A stretch of DNA of 40,150 bases from a virus. Taxonomy: Duplodnaviria; Heunggongvirae; Uroviricota; Caudoviricetes. Positions 30,175 through 40,150 of this stretch are shown piece after piece. The translations under genes were made by a program, and so were the position numbers. The stretch lies in the IMG/VR virus record IMGVR_UViG_2718218304_000002; one strand, written 5' to 3'. The notes under the pieces are model-generated. The model saw nothing but the letters and a program-made list of their open reading frames with translations. It did no database searches and was not told where the DNA came from. Position 1 is the first letter of the stretch. The number at the start of each line of letters is the position of its first letter.

Positions 30175-31032
30175 TTACCCCCTGAAGCCTGGCGGGATCG
30201 CACTATCCGGTAACGAGACGGTGTTAACCTGTCGGAGTAACGTCTCAGGTCGAACACCTTTCGGCGCGAACAAGCCCTGGTATTCATTGGCGATGCTGTG
30301 TCGAATCACCTGCTCAGGTGAAAAACCCTGCTGGCGGAATTTTTCCAGCTCCCGTATCGCCCCGTTAGCGCCCTGCTCCGTTCGAATCGGTTTTCGCAAT
30401 GCCTGGCGAAATTCAACCCACTCACGCCAAAGCGAGACAGAAATCCAGTTCGGCAAAGTAATATCCAGAGGGTCAAACTTTTTGACACCTCGATTCCCCC
30501 GGGGGGGATTTAGGGGGGGATCTGTTTTTAGATCTTTATCTGTATCTTTATTAGTTGCCTTTGTGTTGACATCATGTTCAAACACCACTTCAACATCTGT
30601 TTGAACACCTGTTAAATTTCTCTCTTGTTTTGTTTGAACATCTGCTTCCTTTCTGCTTCTTCTGGCCTGAACAGATGCTTTTCCTGCGGCTGATTTTTTG
30701 GTTAATTTTTCCCTGACTGATGCCAGATCTTCCTCAATCCGAAGATGCACCCATTCCTCGCCGTTATCGCAAAAAAACTCCTGCAAGGATGGTTCAACAT
30801 CAGCCCATCGCTCGTTAGTCAGACGGGCAATTTTTGCCAGCCTGTTTTTAGGTATTGGCTTTCCTGTTTGCCAGTAATTGAACATCAGCAACAAATACGC
30901 ACCATGCTCCTCTGCTGACAAATGCATGGTGTCAGCCAGGTAATCAGCTATGTACAGTTGCATGTATGGTAATGCGGCCATAATTGCCCCGTATGATGCT
31001 GCCCGGTGGCTTAGAATAAGCACAAACAGCAT
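30175..31032 (-). CDS. ydaU: YdaU-like replication-region protein (DUF1376 family)
   Basis: 285-aa ORF upstream of the DnaC-like gene; start uncertain (alternative ATG at 30981). Confidence 0.55.
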   Translation of the reverse strand: MLFVLILSHRAASYGAIMAALPYMQLYIADYLADTMHLSAEEHGAYLLLMFNYWQTGKPIPKNRLAKIARLTNERWADVEPSLQEFFCDNGEEWVHLRIEEDLASVREKLTKKSAAGKASVQARRSRKEADVQTKQERNLTGVQTDVEVVFEHDVNTKATNKDTDKDLKTDPPLNPPRGNRGVKKFDPLDITLPNWISVSLWREWVEFRQALRKPIRTEQGANGAIRELEKFRQQGFSPEQVIRHSIANEYQGLFAPKGVRPETLLRQVNTVSLPDSAIPPGFRG

Positions 31033-31044
31033 GGAAACTTTTGC

Positions 31045-31466
31045 TTAATGAACAATGACAGAATCGTCGGAAGAACCGCCGCCGCTGAAATGCGCTTTCC
31101 GGTAAACGGCTTGGACTGCATCATCATGCGCATCAATTGCCGTACTTAACGCTTCCTGCGCCGCCAGTAATGCACGGCGTTCCAGGGTATCGAAGATGCA
31201 GAGTCGGTGACGCAGCTCGCGCGGAAGGATTGCCAGAATTGCTGGGATCAGCTTCTGAATTTTTTCTCTTTGCGTTTTCGTTTCACCTTTCAACCAACGG
31301 TGATAGATATTCTGCTGATTGTTCCAGTCCTTGCCTGGAACCAGGGGCAATTCGCCGCCCCCTGGCGCAGATATTCTTCAGTAATTGCATTGGCTACCCA
31401 TGCCTGCCCTTTTTCGGCTGCTAGGGCAAACAACACTGATTCGATGTGCTCATGCTTGATTTTCAT
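31045..31466 (-). pseudogene. YdaT-like protein, reading frame broken at a homopolymer
   Basis: An N-terminal segment from ATG 31466 (MKIKHEHIESVLFALAAEKGQAWVANAITEEYLRQ...) and ORF 31045..31350 are in different frames; adding one base in the C5 run at 31358-31362 fuses them into a continuous 140-codon ORF. Confidence 0.6.
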
Positions 31467-31488
31467 GAATCATTTGCCTCTTGATGTT

Positions 31489-31785
31489 TCAGGTATGATC
31501 AAATGAGGATTTGTTACTGTCATTTAGTTGCTTCACTGACATATTCTGCGAACAACATGCCGAACGTCGTAAATATGACCAGTCAATATCAGGACGAAGT
31601 TCTTCGCACAGAACCTCACCTCTTGTTGCACGTTCAATTGCTGGACATCTCTCGGCAGGCAATTGACGTACCCCTTTGATCCATTGATTTACGCTTGGAG
31701 GTGATACACCTAAAAGCCTAGCCATTGCTGATTGCCCACCGACAACAGCACAAGCTTGCTTGAATGAATAGTTCTCTTTTTTCAT
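31489..31785 (-). CDS. ydaS: Cro-like HTH regulator
   Basis: 98 aa with HTH (...QSAMARLLGVSPPSVNQWIKGVRQLP...); divergent from the repressor gene; GGAG upstream. Confidence 0.7.
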   Translation of the reverse strand: MKKENYSFKQACAVVGGQSAMARLLGVSPPSVNQWIKGVRQLPAERCPAIERATRGEVLCEELRPDIDWSYLRRSACCSQNMSVKQLNDSNKSSFDHT

Positions 31786-31811
31786 CGAATGAACTCCAAA
31801 AACACACAGAA

Positions 31812-31854
31812 ATATTAGGCGACGCCTAACGCAATTGTCAATAGGCTGTGCCTA
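31812..31854. promoter_or_regulatory. Immunity-switch operator/promoter region between racR and ydaS
   Basis: Palindromes TAGGCGACGCCTA (31816-31828) and TAGGCTGTGCCTA (31842-31854); on the - strand TTGACA (complement of 31836-31841), 18-bp spacer, TAATAT (complement of 31812-31817) upstream of ydaS. Confidence 0.5.
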
Positions 31855-31908
31855 ATGCAGTAAGGGTAGGGATTGCCTAATGTAATGCGCATAGGAGAAT
31901 ATTAAGCA

Positions 31909-32385
31909 ATGCTTAGTGGTAAAGACTTAGGCCGAGCGATAGAGCAGGCCATTAACAAAAAAATCGCATCGGGATCCGTCAAATCAAAGGCGGAGGTCGC
32001 ACGCCACTTTAAAGTCCAACCACCATCAATTTATGACTGGATTAAGAAAGGCTCTATAAGTAAAGATAAACTTCCAGAATTATGGCGTTTCTTTTCTGAT
32101 GTTGTTGGTCCAGAGCATTGGGGGCTTAACGAATACCCCATACCAACCCCCACCAATTCAGATACAAAAAGTGAACTTTTAGATATAAACAACCTTTATC
32201 AAGCAGCCTCTGATGAAATAAGAGCGATTGTAGCTTTCCTGTTATCTGGAAATGCTACAGAACCAGATTGGGTTGACCACGATGTTCGCGCCTACATAGC
32301 AGCGATGGAAATGAAAGTGGGTAAGTATCTGAAAGCTCTTGAATCTGAACGGAAAAGCCAGAACATCACAAAAACTGGAACTTAA
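31909..32385 (+). CDS. racR: CI-like prophage repressor
   Basis: 158 aa with N-terminal HTH; divergent from the cro-like gene; matches recalled RacR. Confidence 0.75.
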   Translation: MLSGKDLGRAIEQAINKKIASGSVKSKAEVARHFKVQPPSIYDWIKKGSISKDKLPELWRFFSDVVGPEHWGLNEYPIPTPTNSDTKSELLDINNLYQAASDEIRAIVAFLLSGNATEPDWVDHDVRAYIAAMEMKVGKYLKALESERKSQNITKTGT

Positions 32386-32482
32386 ACTTATATGGTCTGA
32401 CGGAAAACTCCTGGATTCCGTTATTTAACCCCCCCATCACTTTCTGCTGTCGCCATCACCTATTAGGTTACGCTCAAAACAT

Positions 32483-32524
32483 TAGGCATAGCCTATTGAC
32501 AATCAATTAGGCATTACCTATAGT
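32483..32524 (+). promoter_or_regulatory. Candidate repressor-controlled promoter (TTGACA-17-TATAGT) with operator palindromes
   Basis: TAGGCATAGCCTA (32483-32495) abuts -35 TTGACA (32496-32501); spacer holds near-palindrome TAGGCATTACCTA (32508-32520); -10 TATAGT (32519-32524). The block TAGGCA(T/C)AGCCTATTGACAAT also occurs at the ydaS promoter. Confidence 0.5.
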
Positions 32525-32693
32525 TCCAGCATACCACCCACCCCGCCCCACAGAACGCCGGGCAATACTTCGAGTTACCAGGCAGTGGTAAGGGGTTAAG
32601 TAGCCAGCCCGAGGCGTATGAACATGACGGCGGGATTCAAATTTTGCAGTGCAGCAGTTAGTTCCGCCACCCGGCGTTAAGGGGAGAGATAAG

Positions 32694-32828
32694 ATGGTGC
32701 ATTACGAAGTAGTTCAGTATTTGATGGATTGTTGCGGTATCACTTACAACCAGGCTGTGCAGGCTTTACGCAGCAACGACTGGGATCTCTGGCAGGCAGA
32801 AGTCGCTATACGTAGCAACAAGATGTGA
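32694..32828 (+). CDS. Small prophage protein (44 aa), YdaG-like
   Basis: Below the ORF-track cutoff; ATG at 32694 preceded by GGGGAGAG; MVHYEVVQYLMDCCGITYNQAVQALRSNDWDLWQAEVAIRSNKM. Confidence 0.4.
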   Translation: MVHYEVVQYLMDCCGITYNQAVQALRSNDWDLWQAEVAIRSNKM

Positions 32829-32838
32829 GATTCGCAAA

Positions 32839-32994
32839 ATGCAAAAAATCGACCTCGGCAACAACGAATCCCTGGTGTGCGGCGTGTTCCCCAACCAGGA
32901 TGGAACGTTCACTGCCATGACGTATACCAAAAGCAAAACATTTAAAACCGAAACTGGTGCGCGCCGATGGTTGGAGAAGCACACAGTAAGCTAA
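32839..32994 (+). CDS. Small prophage protein (51 aa), YdaF-like
   Basis: Below the ORF-track cutoff; MQKIDLGNNESLVCGVFPNQDGTFTAMTYTKSKTFKTETGARRWLEKHTVS; stop overlaps the convergent sieB stop. Confidence 0.4.
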   Translation: MQKIDLGNNESLVCGVFPNQDGTFTAMTYTKSKTFKTETGARRWLEKHTVS

Positions 32995-33479
32995 CGATTA
33001 AAACGTCTACTCCTGCTGTTCCAGAATAACTTCATAAAATGGGAGTATTTTTCGGTGACGAGATAATAAGAACAGTTTGCGCTATCACTCTGATGTTGAA
33101 TGATGCCCTTCCGTTCTAATTTTTTCATAACCGGGTTACGGCAAGGAGAAGTGATAATAAGATTTCCTGTTTTAAGGAAATCTTTAAATACAGCGATTTC
33201 TTTCTCAGATAAACGAAGCAATACTCGTTGCTCTGGTAGTAATGAATAATGCTTTTGAATATGTGCTCGCAATCTTGAGAAGGAAATGGCGACCACGAAA
33301 GAAAAGGCAAAAACGATAATCTGAAAGAGCCAAGGTATTTCAGTATAAGCATTGAATGCGACAGTAAACTCTTTCGGTATCAGCCAGAGAGTGAGACCAA
33401 AAATGATAATCGTATACATAAGTCTTTCGAGTGGCTCGTTAGCAAAAAGTTTCAACAATGGAGTAAATACATCCAACAT
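32991..33479 (-). CDS. sieB: Superinfection exclusion protein B
   Basis: Within ORF 32991..33602, start MLDVFTPLLK (33479) gives 162 aa with two hydrophobic segments; matches recalled SieB. Confidence 0.65.
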   Translation of the reverse strand: MLDVFTPLLKLFANEPLERLMYTIIIFGLTLWLIPKEFTVAFNAYTEIPWLFQIIVFAFSFVVAISFSRLRAHIQKHYSLLPEQRVLLRLSEKEIAVFKDFLKTGNLIITSPCRNPVMKKLERKGIIQHQSDSANCSYYLVTEKYSHFMKLFWNSRSRRFNR

Positions 33480-33920
33480 ATCAATAACTCTCAACTGTAA
33501 GGGTATTGAAATGTTAACACAAGCTCTCGCTGTAGGGGTATAGCCGAGACCACCGAAGCCCGGAGGTGGTGAAATAAAACCGGGCACAACACGAAGGCGC
33601 ATTTCCGATATCCATAAAGAGTCGGTCTTGTCTGTTAAATTTAAATGGTGGGAGTGCGCCTCCGGTTGTAAATAACGACATTGCTGTGTGTAGTCCTGGC
33701 GGCATCAGTTTTTTTCTTGAAGTTCGGCTGATGTCCGCCCTTTTTAAAGTGAATTTTGTGATGCGGTGAATGCGGCTAAGCGCACGTGGCACAGTTAAAA
33801 GTCATGTTAGTCCTTATTGGTTTGGGTGGGAAAGCCGACTGTAATTGTTAACTGGTTGCAGTCACCTGGAGGCACCAGACACCGCATCAACAAAGTTCAT
33901 TTGTAAAAATGGAGATAATT

Positions 33921-34142
33921 ATGATTGCACATCACTTCGGAACTGATGAAATACCACGTCAGTGTGTGACTCCTGGCGATTATGTTCTTCATGAAGGCCG
34001 GACATATATTGCCTCGGCAAACAATATTAAAAAGCGAAAACTATATATTCGTAACCTGACCACAAAAACATGCATTACTGACCGCATGATTAAAGTCTTC
34101 CTCGGTCGTGATGGTTTACCTGTAAAGGCGGAGTCATGGTGA
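33921..34142 (+). CDS. kilR: KilR-like killing protein (FtsZ inhibitor)
   Basis: 73 aa from [14 protein letters not shown]... within ORF 33909..34142; first gene of the leftward early operon. Confidence 0.7.
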   Translation: MIAHHFGTDEIPRQCVTPGDYVLHEGRTYIASANNIKKRKLYIRNLTTKTCITDRMIKVFLGRDGLPVKAESW

Positions 34143-34312
34143 TGACTAAGAAAATAAAATGTGCTTACCACCTTTGCAAAAAAGACGTTGAAGAAAGCAA
34201 AGCTATTGAAAGAATGCTTCACTTCATGCACGGGATTTTATCAAAAGACGAACCGAGAAAATATTGCAGTGAAGCTTGTGCCGAAAAAGACCAGATGGCA
34301 CATGAACTTTAA
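34142..34312 (+). CDS. Small Cys-rich protein (56 aa), YdaE-like
   Basis: Below the ORF-track cutoff; [56 protein letters not shown]; start overlaps the kilR stop. Confidence 0.45.
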   Translation: MTKKIKCAYHLCKKDVEESKAIERMLHFMHGILSKDEPRKYCSEACAEKDQMAHEL

Positions 34313-34386
34313 TTAATTAACTATTCGAAACTGAATTTATGCCAGAAATGGCAGGTATTCGCTCAACCTTAATTAAGGAGAAAAAC

Positions 34387-34662
34387 ATGATTACCAATTA
34401 TGAAGCCACTGTTGTAACTACCGATGACATTGTTCACGAGGTGAATCTGGAAGGAAAGCGCATTGGCTACGTAATTAAAACAGAAAATAAAGAAACCCCA
34501 TTCACTGTGGTTGATATCGATGGTCCATCAGGCAACGTAAAAACACTTGATGAAGGTGTCAAAAAAATGTGCCTGGTGCATATCGGAAAGAATCTGCCCG
34601 CAGAAAAAAAAGCCGAATTTCTGGCAACTCTAATTGCAATGAAATTAAAAGGTGAAATCTGA
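34387..34662 (+). CDS. racC: RacC-like protein (91 aa)
   Basis: From MITNYEATVVTTDD... within ORF 34339..34662; lies immediately upstream of recE. Confidence 0.6.
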   Translation: MITNYEATVVTTDDIVHEVNLEGKRIGYVIKTENKETPFTVVDIDGPSGNVKTLDEGVKKMCLVHIGKNLPAEKKAEFLATLIAMKLKGEI

Positions 34663-34763
34663 AAGAAATAGCCTGCGTATGGCACAGGCTATGAACAGTG
34701 TGTATCCGGCAAGATCATTCACTGAACAAAACGAATTTTAATCTGAGTTGAGGTTAAAAAACA

Positions 34764-37364
34764 ATGAGCACAAAACCACTCTTCCTGTTACGGAAAGCGA
34801 AAAAATCATCCGGTGAACCTGACGTCGTCCTGTGGGCAAGCAACGATTTTGAATCGACCTGTGCCACTCTGGACTACCTGATCGTTAAGTCAGGTAAAAA
34901 ACTGAGCAGCTATTTTAAAGCTGTTGCCACGAATTTTCCTGTCGTTAATGACCTGCCCGCTGAAGGTGAGATCGATTTTACCTGGAGTGAACGCTATCAA
35001 CTCAGCAAAGACTCCATGACATGGGAACTAAAACCGGGAGCAGCACCAGACAACGCTCACTATCAAGGCAATACCAACGTCAACGGCGAAGACATGACTG
35101 AGATTGAGGAGAATATGCTACTCCCAATTTCTGGCCAGGAACTGCCCATTCGTTGGCTTGCTCAACACGGCAGCGAAAAACCGGTAACGCACGTTTCACG
35201 CGACGGACTCCAGGCATTACACATTGCTCGGGCTGAAGAACTACCGGCTGTTACTGCCCTGGCTGTTTCCCACAAAACCAGCCTGCTCGACCCGCTGGAA
35301 ATTCGCGAACTCCACAAACTGGTTCGTGACACTGACAAAGTTTTCCCTAATCCTGGTAATTCAAACCTGGGACTGATAACTGCTTTTTTCGAAGCATACC
35401 TGAACGCTGACTACACCGATCGAGGACTGCTGACAAAAGAGTGGATGAAGGGTAATCGTGTTTCACACATCACTTGCACGGCTTCCGGTGCTAATGCTGG
35501 CGGCGGAAACCTCACCGATCGCGGCGAAGGTTTCGTACACGATCTGACGTCACTGGCGCGCGACGTAGCCACTGGCGTACTGGCCCGTTCAATGGATCTG
35601 GACATCTATAACCTTCATCCGGCACACGCTAAACGCATTGAGGAAATTATCGCTGAAAATAAACCGCCCTTTTCTGTTTTCCGCGACAAATTCATCACCA
35701 TGCCTGGCGGGCTGGATTATTCCCGCGCCATCGTGGTTGCGTCCGTAAAAGAAGCACCAATTGGGATCGAGGTCATCCCCGCGCACGTCACTGAATATCT
35801 GAACAAAGTACTGACTGAAACCGATCATGCCAACCCTGATCCGGAAATCGTGGATATTGCCTGCGGTCGCTCCTCTGCCCCGATGCCGCAGCGAGTAACA
35901 GAAGAAGGAAAACAGGATGATGAAGAAAAACCGCAACCATCTGGAACAACGGCAGTTGAACAGGGAGAGGCTGAAACAATGGAACCGGACGCAACTGAAC
36001 ATCATCAGGACACGCAGCCGCTGGATGCTCAGTCACAGGTAAATTCTGTTGATGCGAAATATCAGGAACTGCGGGCAGAACTCCATGAAGCCCGGAAAAA
36101 CATTCCATCAAAAAATCCTGTCGATGCCGATAAATTGCTTGCTGCATCACGTGGTGAATTTGTTGACGGAATTAGCGACCCGAACGATCCGAAATGGGTA
36201 AAGGGGATCCAGACTCGCGATTGTGTGTACCAGAACCAGCCAGAAACGGAAAAAACCAGCCCAGATATGAATCAACCTGAGCCAGTAGTGCAACAGGAAC
36301 CGGAAATAGCCTGCAATGCCTGCGGCCAGACTGGCGGGGATAACTGCCCTGACTGTGGTGCGGTGATGGGCGACGCAACATACCAGGAAACATTCGATGA
36401 AGAGAGTCAGGTTGAAGCTAAGGAAAATGATCCGGAGGAAATGGAAGGCGCTGAACATCCGCACAATGAGAATGCTGGCAGCGATCCGCATCGCGATTGC
36501 AGTGATGAAACTGGCGAAGTCGCAGATCCCGTAATCGTAGAAGACATAGAGCCAGGTATTTATTACGGAATTTCGAATGAGAATTACCACGCGGGTCCCG
36601 GTATCAGTAAGTCTCAGCTCGATGACATTGCTGATACTCCGGCACTATATTTGTGGCGTAAAAATGCCCCCGTGGACACCACAAAGACAAAAACGCTCGA
36701 TTTAGGAACTGCTTTCCACTGCCGGGTACTTGAACCGGAAGAATTCAGTAACCGCTTTATCGTAGCACCTGAATTTAACCGCCGTACAAACGCCGGAAAA
36801 GAAGAAGAGAAAGCGTTTCTGATGGAATGCGCAAGCACAGGAAAAACGGTTATCACTGCGGAAGAAGGCCGGAAAATTGAACTCATGTATCAAAGCGTTA
36901 TGGCTTTGCCGCTGGGGCAATGGCTTGTTGAAAGCGCCGGACACGCTGAATCATCAATTTACTGGGAAGATCCTGAAACAGGAATTTTGTGTCGGTGCCG
37001 TCCGGACAAAATTATCCCTGAATTTCACTGGATCATGGACGTGAAAACTACGGCGGATATTCAACGATTCAAAACCGCTTATTACGACTACCGCTATCAC
37101 GTTCAGGATGCATTCTACAGTGACGGTTATGAAGCACAGTTTGGAGTGCAGCCAACTTTCGTTTTTCTGGTTGCCAGCACAACTATTGAATGCGGACGTT
37201 ATCCGGTTGAAATTTTCATGATGGGCGAAGAAGCAAAACTGGCAGGTCAACAGGAATATCACCGCAATCTGCGAACCCTGTCTGACTGCCTGAATACCGA
37301 TGAATGGCCAGCTATTAAGACATTATCACTGCCCCGCTGGGCTAAGGAATATGCAAATGACTAA
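34764..37364 (+). CDS. recE: Exodeoxyribonuclease VIII (RecE)
   Basis: 866 aa; C-terminal nuclease domain; followed by recT with an 8-nt overlap; matches recalled RecE. Confidence 0.9.
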   Translation: MSTKPLFLLRKAKKSSGEPDVVLWASNDFESTCATLDYLIVKSGKKLSSYFKAVATNFPVVNDLPAEGEIDFTWSERYQLSKDSMTWELKPGAAPDNAHYQGNTNVNGEDMTEIEENMLLPISGQELPIRWLAQHGSEKPVTHVSRDGLQALHIARAEELPAVTALAVSHKTSLLDPLEIRELHKLVRDTDKVFPNPGNSNLGLITAFFEAYLNADYTDRGLLTKEWMKGNRVSHITCTASGANAGGGNLTDRGEGFVHDLTSLARDVATGVLARSMDLDIYNLHPAHAKRIEEIIAENKPPFSVFRDKFITMPGGLDYSRAIVVASVKEAPIGIEVIPAHVTEYLNKVLTETDHANPDPEIVDIACGRSSAPMPQRVTEEGKQDDEEKPQPSGTTAVEQGEAETMEPDATEHHQDTQPLDAQSQVNSVDAKYQELRAELHEARKNIPSKNPVDADKLLAASRGEFVDGISDPNDPKWVKGIQTRDCVYQNQPETEKTSPDMNQPEPVVQQEPEIACNACGQTGGDNCPDCGAVMGDATYQETFDEESQVEAKENDPEEMEGAEHPHNENAGSDPHRDCSDETGEVADPVIVEDIEPGIYYGISNENYHAGPGISKSQLDDIADTPALYLWRKNAPVDTTKTKTLDLGTAFHCRVLEPEEFSNRFIVAPEFNRRTNAGKEEEKAFLMECASTGKTVITAEEGRKIELMYQSVMALPLGQWLVESAGHAESSIYWEDPETGILCRCRPDKIIPEFHWIMDVKTTADIQRFKTAYYDYRYHVQDAFYSDGYEAQFGVQPTFVFLVASTTIECGRYPVEIFMMGEEAKLAGQQEYHRNLRTLSDCLNTDEWPAIKTLSLPRWAKEYAND

Positions 37365-38166
37365 GCAACCACCAATCGCAAAAGCCGATCTGCAAAAAAC
37401 TCAGGGAAACCGTGCACCAGCAGCAGTTAAAAATAGCGACGTGATTAGTTTTATTAACCAGCCATCAATGAAAGAGCAACTGGCAGCAGCTCTTCCACGC
37501 CATATGACGGCTGAACGTATGATCCGTATCGCCACCACAGAAATTCGTAAAGTTCCGGCGTTAGGAAACTGTGACACTATGAGTTTTGTCAGTGCGATCG
37601 TACAGTGTTCACAGCTCGGACTTGAGCCAGGTAGCGCCCTCGGTCATGCATATTTACTGCCTTTTGGTAATAAAAACGAAAAGAGCGGTAAAAAGAACGT
37701 TCAGCTAATCATTGGCTATCGCGGCATGATTGATCTGGCTCGCCGTTCTGGTCAAATCGCCAGCCTGTCAGCCCGTGTTGTCCGTGAAGGTGACGAGTTT
37801 AGCTTCGAATTTGGCCTTGATGAAAAGTTAATACACCGCCCGGGAGAAAACGAAGATGCCCCGGTTACCCACGTCTATGCTGTCGCAAGACTGAAAGACG
37901 GAGGTACTCAGTTTGAAGTTATGACGCGCAAACAGATTGAGCTGGTGCGCAGCCTGAGTAAAGCTGGTAATAACGGGCCGTGGGTAACTCACTGGGAAGA
38001 AATGGCAAAGAAAACGGCTATTCGTCGCCTGTTCAAATATCTGCCCGTATCAATTGAGATCCAGCGTGCAGTATCAATGGATGAAAAGGAACCACTGACA
38101 ATCGATCCTGCAGATTCCTCTGTATTAACCGGGGAATACAGTGTAATCGATAATTCAGAGGAATAA
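37357..38166 (+). CDS. recT: Recombinase RecT (single-strand annealing protein)
   Basis: 269 aa from [13 protein letters not shown]...; translationally coupled to recE (ATGA overlap). Confidence 0.9.
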   Translation: MTKQPPIAKADLQKTQGNRAPAAVKNSDVISFINQPSMKEQLAAALPRHMTAERMIRIATTEIRKVPALGNCDTMSFVSAIVQCSQLGLEPGSALGHAYLLPFGNKNEKSGKKNVQLIIGYRGMIDLARRSGQIASLSARVVREGDEFSFEFGLDEKLIHRPGENEDAPVTHVYAVARLKDGGTQFEVMTRKQIELVRSLSKAGNNGPWVTHWEEMAKKTAIRRLFKYLPVSIEIQRAVSMDEKEPLTIDPADSSVLTGEYSVIDNSEE

Positions 38167-38222
38167 TTCAGCCTGGCGGTGTAATGCACCGCCAACTTGA
38201 AATATTTTTTATGAGAAAAATT

Positions 38223-38417
38223 ATGAGATATGACAATGTTAAACCATGTCCATTTTGTGGTTGTCCATCAGTAACGGTGAAAGCCATTTCAGGATATTAC
38301 CGAGCGAAGTGTAACGGATGCGAATCCCGAACCGGTTATGGTGGAAGTGAAAAAGAAGCACTCGAAAGATGGAATAAACGAACCACTGGAAATAATAATG
38401 GAGGTGTTCATGTATAA
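38223..38417 (+). CDS. ralR: Restriction alleviation protein RalR/Lar
   Basis: 64 aa from MRYDNVKPCPFCGCPSVTVKA... within ORF 38184..38417; Cys-rich zinc-ribbon-like. Confidence 0.7.
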   Translation: MRYDNVKPCPFCGCPSVTVKAISGYYRAKCNGCESRTGYGGSEKEALERWNKRTTGNNNGGVHV

Positions 38418-38619
38418 AATTACCGCTACTATTGAAAAGGAAGGTGGCACTCCTACTAACTGGACAAGATATTCAAAATCTAAACTAACGAAATCAGAAT
38501 GCGAAAAAATGCTCTCAGGTAAAAAAGAAGCAGGCGTTTCCAGAGAGCAGAAAGTAAAACTGATAAATTTTAATTGCGAGAAACTTCAGTCCTCGAGAAT
38601 TGCATTGTATTCAAATTAA
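38410..38619 (+). CDS. Small prophage protein (69 aa), YdaC-like
   Basis: From MYKITATIEKEGG... within ORF 38338..38619; start overlaps the ralR stop. Confidence 0.45.
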   Translation: MYKITATIEKEGGTPTNWTRYSKSKLTKSECEKMLSGKKEAGVSREQKVKLINFNCEKLQSSRIALYSN

Positions 38620-38697
38620 AACTTCATAGCTGATTATTAATAATCAACATCGGGCGTCAATTTCAGTCTAACATTGGCGCCTGCCAGAGGTGATGCG

Positions 38698-38913
38698 ATG
38701 GCACAAGTAATCTTTAATGAAGAGTGGATGGTTGAATACGGCCTGATGCTTCGCACTGGTCTGGGGGCCAGACAAATTGAAGCATACCGCCAGAACTGTT
38801 GGGTGGAGGGCTTCCACTTCAAACGAGTATCTCCTTTAGGTAAGCCAGACAGCAAACGAGGGATTATCTGGTACAACTATCCAAAGATAAATCAGTTTAT
38901 CAAAGACTCATGA
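38698..38913 (+). CDS. xisR: Excisionase-like protein (71 aa)
   Basis: From [14 protein letters not shown]... within ORF 38674..38913; immediately upstream of the integrase gene. Confidence 0.6.
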   Translation: MAQVIFNEEWMVEYGLMLRTGLGARQIEAYRQNCWVEGFHFKRVSPLGKPDSKRGIIWYNYPKINQFIKDS

Positions 38914-38914
38914 T

Positions 38915-40150
38915 ATGTCTAAATTACCAACAGGTGTCGAGATTAGAGGTAGATACATTCGCATCTGGTTCATGTTTCGAGGAAAACGATGTCGGGAAAC
39001 ATTAAAAGGCTGGGAGATTACAAACAGTAATATTAAAAAGGCCGGAAATTTAAGAGCGCTGATAGTTCATGAAATAAACTCCGGTGAATTTGAGTATTTA
39101 AGACGTTTTCCCCAGTCCAGCACTGGGGCAAAAATGGTGACAACGAGAGTCATAAAAACGTTCGGAGAGCTTTGTGATATCTGGACAAAAATTAAAGAGA
39201 CAGAGTTAACAACAAACACAATGAAGAAAACGAAATCACAATTAAAAACACTCAGAATAATAATTTGTGAAAGTACCCCGATATCACATATTCGTTATAG
39301 CGATATCTTAAACTACCGGAATGAACTGCTGCATGGAGAAACGCTTTACCTGGATAATCCAAGATCCAACAAAAAAGGAAGAACCGTGCGCACAGTTGAT
39401 AACTATATCGCCCTGCTCTGTTCGCTGTTGCGTTTTGCGTATCAGTCGGGATTTATATCAACCAAACCATTTGAAGGAGTAAAAAAATTACAGCGAAACA
39501 GAATAAAGCCTGATCCGTTATCTAAAACAGAATTCAATGCATTAATGGAAAGTGAAAAAGGACAGAGCCAGAACTTGTGGAAATTTGCCGTTTACTCAGG
39601 ACTTCGTCACGGGGAACTGGCAGCTCTGGCGTGGGAGGATGTGGATCTCGAAAAGGGAATAGTGAATGTCAGAAGAAACCTGACGATACTTGATATGTTC
39701 GGTCCCCCAAAAACAAATGCCGGGATCCGAACAGTAACACTACTGCAGCCTGCTCTTGAAGCACTGAAGGAGCAATACAAACTGACCGGGCATCATCGCA
39801 AAAGCGAAATCACCTTTTATCATCGGGAGTACGGCAGAACCGAAAAGCAAAAACTGCATTTTGTTTTCATGCCCAGGGTGTGTAACGGAAAACAAAAACC
39901 TTATTACTCGGTAAGCAGTTTGGGGGCAAGGTGGAATGCAGCAGTAAAACGTGCTGGTATTCGCCGCCGTAATCCGTACCATACGCGGCATACTTTTGCC
40001 TGCTGGCTGTTGACGGCAGGAGCGAACCCGGCATTTATAGCCAGCCAAATGGGGCATGAAACTGCGCAGATGGTGTATGAAATTTACGGTATGTGGATTG
40101 ATGACATGAACGACGAACAGATAGCCATGTTGAATGCGCGCTTATCGTAG
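38915..40150 (+). CDS. intR: Prophage integrase (tyrosine recombinase)
   Basis: 411 aa; C-terminal catalytic region with R...HxxR...Y pattern (...NPYHTRHTFACWLL...EIYGMW...); stop codon TAG is the last triplet of the window. Confidence 0.9.
   Translation: MSKLPTGVEIRGRYIRIWFMFRGKRCRETLKGWEITNSNIKKAGNLRALIVHEINSGEFEYLRRFPQSSTGAKMVTTRVIKTFGELCDIWTKIKETELTTNTMKKTKSQLKTLRIIICESTPISHIRYSDILNYRNELLHGETLYLDNPRSNKKGRTVRTVDNYIALLCSLLRFAYQSGFISTKPFEGVKKLQRNRIKPDPLSKTEFNALMESEKGQSQNLWKFAVYSGLRHGELAALAWEDVDLEKGIVNVRRNLTILDMFGPPKTNAGIRTVTLLQPALEALKEQYKLTGHHRKSEITFYHREYGRTEKQKLHFVFMPRVCNGKQKPYYSVSSLGARWNAAVKRAGIRRRNPYHTRHTFACWLLTAGANPAFIASQMGHETAQMVYEIYGMWIDDMNDEQIAMLNARLS

Noticed and set aside
31137-31506. 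Plus-strand ORFs 31137..31424 and 31207..31506 overlapping the ydaT-like region
   Set aside because: Antisense to the frameshifted ydaT-like gene; they exist because that region is split across frames.
32766-33792. ORFs 32766..32984 - and 33514..33792 -, and the 41-codon N-terminal extension of ORF 32991..33602
   Set aside because: 32766..32984 is antisense to the two small + strand genes with good start contexts; 33514..33792 has implausible composition; the sieB extension lacks a ribosome-binding site and a 162-aa product from the internal Met fits better.
35411-37262. Minus-strand ORFs inside recE (35411..35605, 35589..36005, 35788..36150, 36147..36590, 36172..36393, 36614..36886, 36702..36944, 36954..37262)
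   Set aside because: All antisense to the continuous 866-codon recE frame; no independent support.

Overview
This window is a Rac-like lambdoid prophage of Escherichia coli type, read from its distal end to its integrase (int stop codon is the last base, 40150). All protein-family calls come from reading the supplied translations and the DNA by eye and from recalled homology; no database search was run. Right to left the prophage shows: an intact early/recombination operon on + (kilR, ydaE, racC, recE, recT, ralR, ydaC, xis, int); an immunity switch (CI-like racR divergent from cro-like ydaS, with repeated TAGGC-N3-GCCTA operator palindromes overlapping TTGACA promoters); replication genes on - (ydaT-like with a frameshift, ydaU, DnaC-like ydaV); an AT-rich cargo islet with a GmrSD-family (DUF262/DUF1524) type IV restriction-like gene and an unknown TPR protein; a hok/mok/sok-type toxin locus whose 3' GC hairpin carries an intact IS186 with a 10-bp target duplication; nin-region genes and a bidirectional terminator; two paralogous lipoproteins whose C-terminal domains resemble TolA domain III; a phage-21-type lysis cassette (pinholin, SAR endolysin, Rz with embedded Rz1); AT-rich trkG; a ParB-like nuclease-domain gene coupled to an unknown 310-aa protein; and terminase small/large plus a portal gene cut by an IS66-family element. 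Left of the IS66 the structure is mosaic: a fragment of a Mu-like contractile-tail module (tape measure, DNA-circulation N-like, truncated P/D-like) lies in the opposite orientation, bounded by a 2,120-bp perfect palindrome made of two truncated IS911 copies joined tail-to-tail, then a truncated tfa, a Pin-family invertase and a ynaE-like gene. No tRNA, rRNA or CRISPR array was found. The best candidates for undescribed biology are the TolA-domain-III-like lipoprotein pair in the late operon, the GmrSD-like/TPR islet beside the IS186-disrupted hok locus, and the ParB-like/310-aa pair upstream of terminase; the IS911 palindrome needs checking as a possible assembly artefact.
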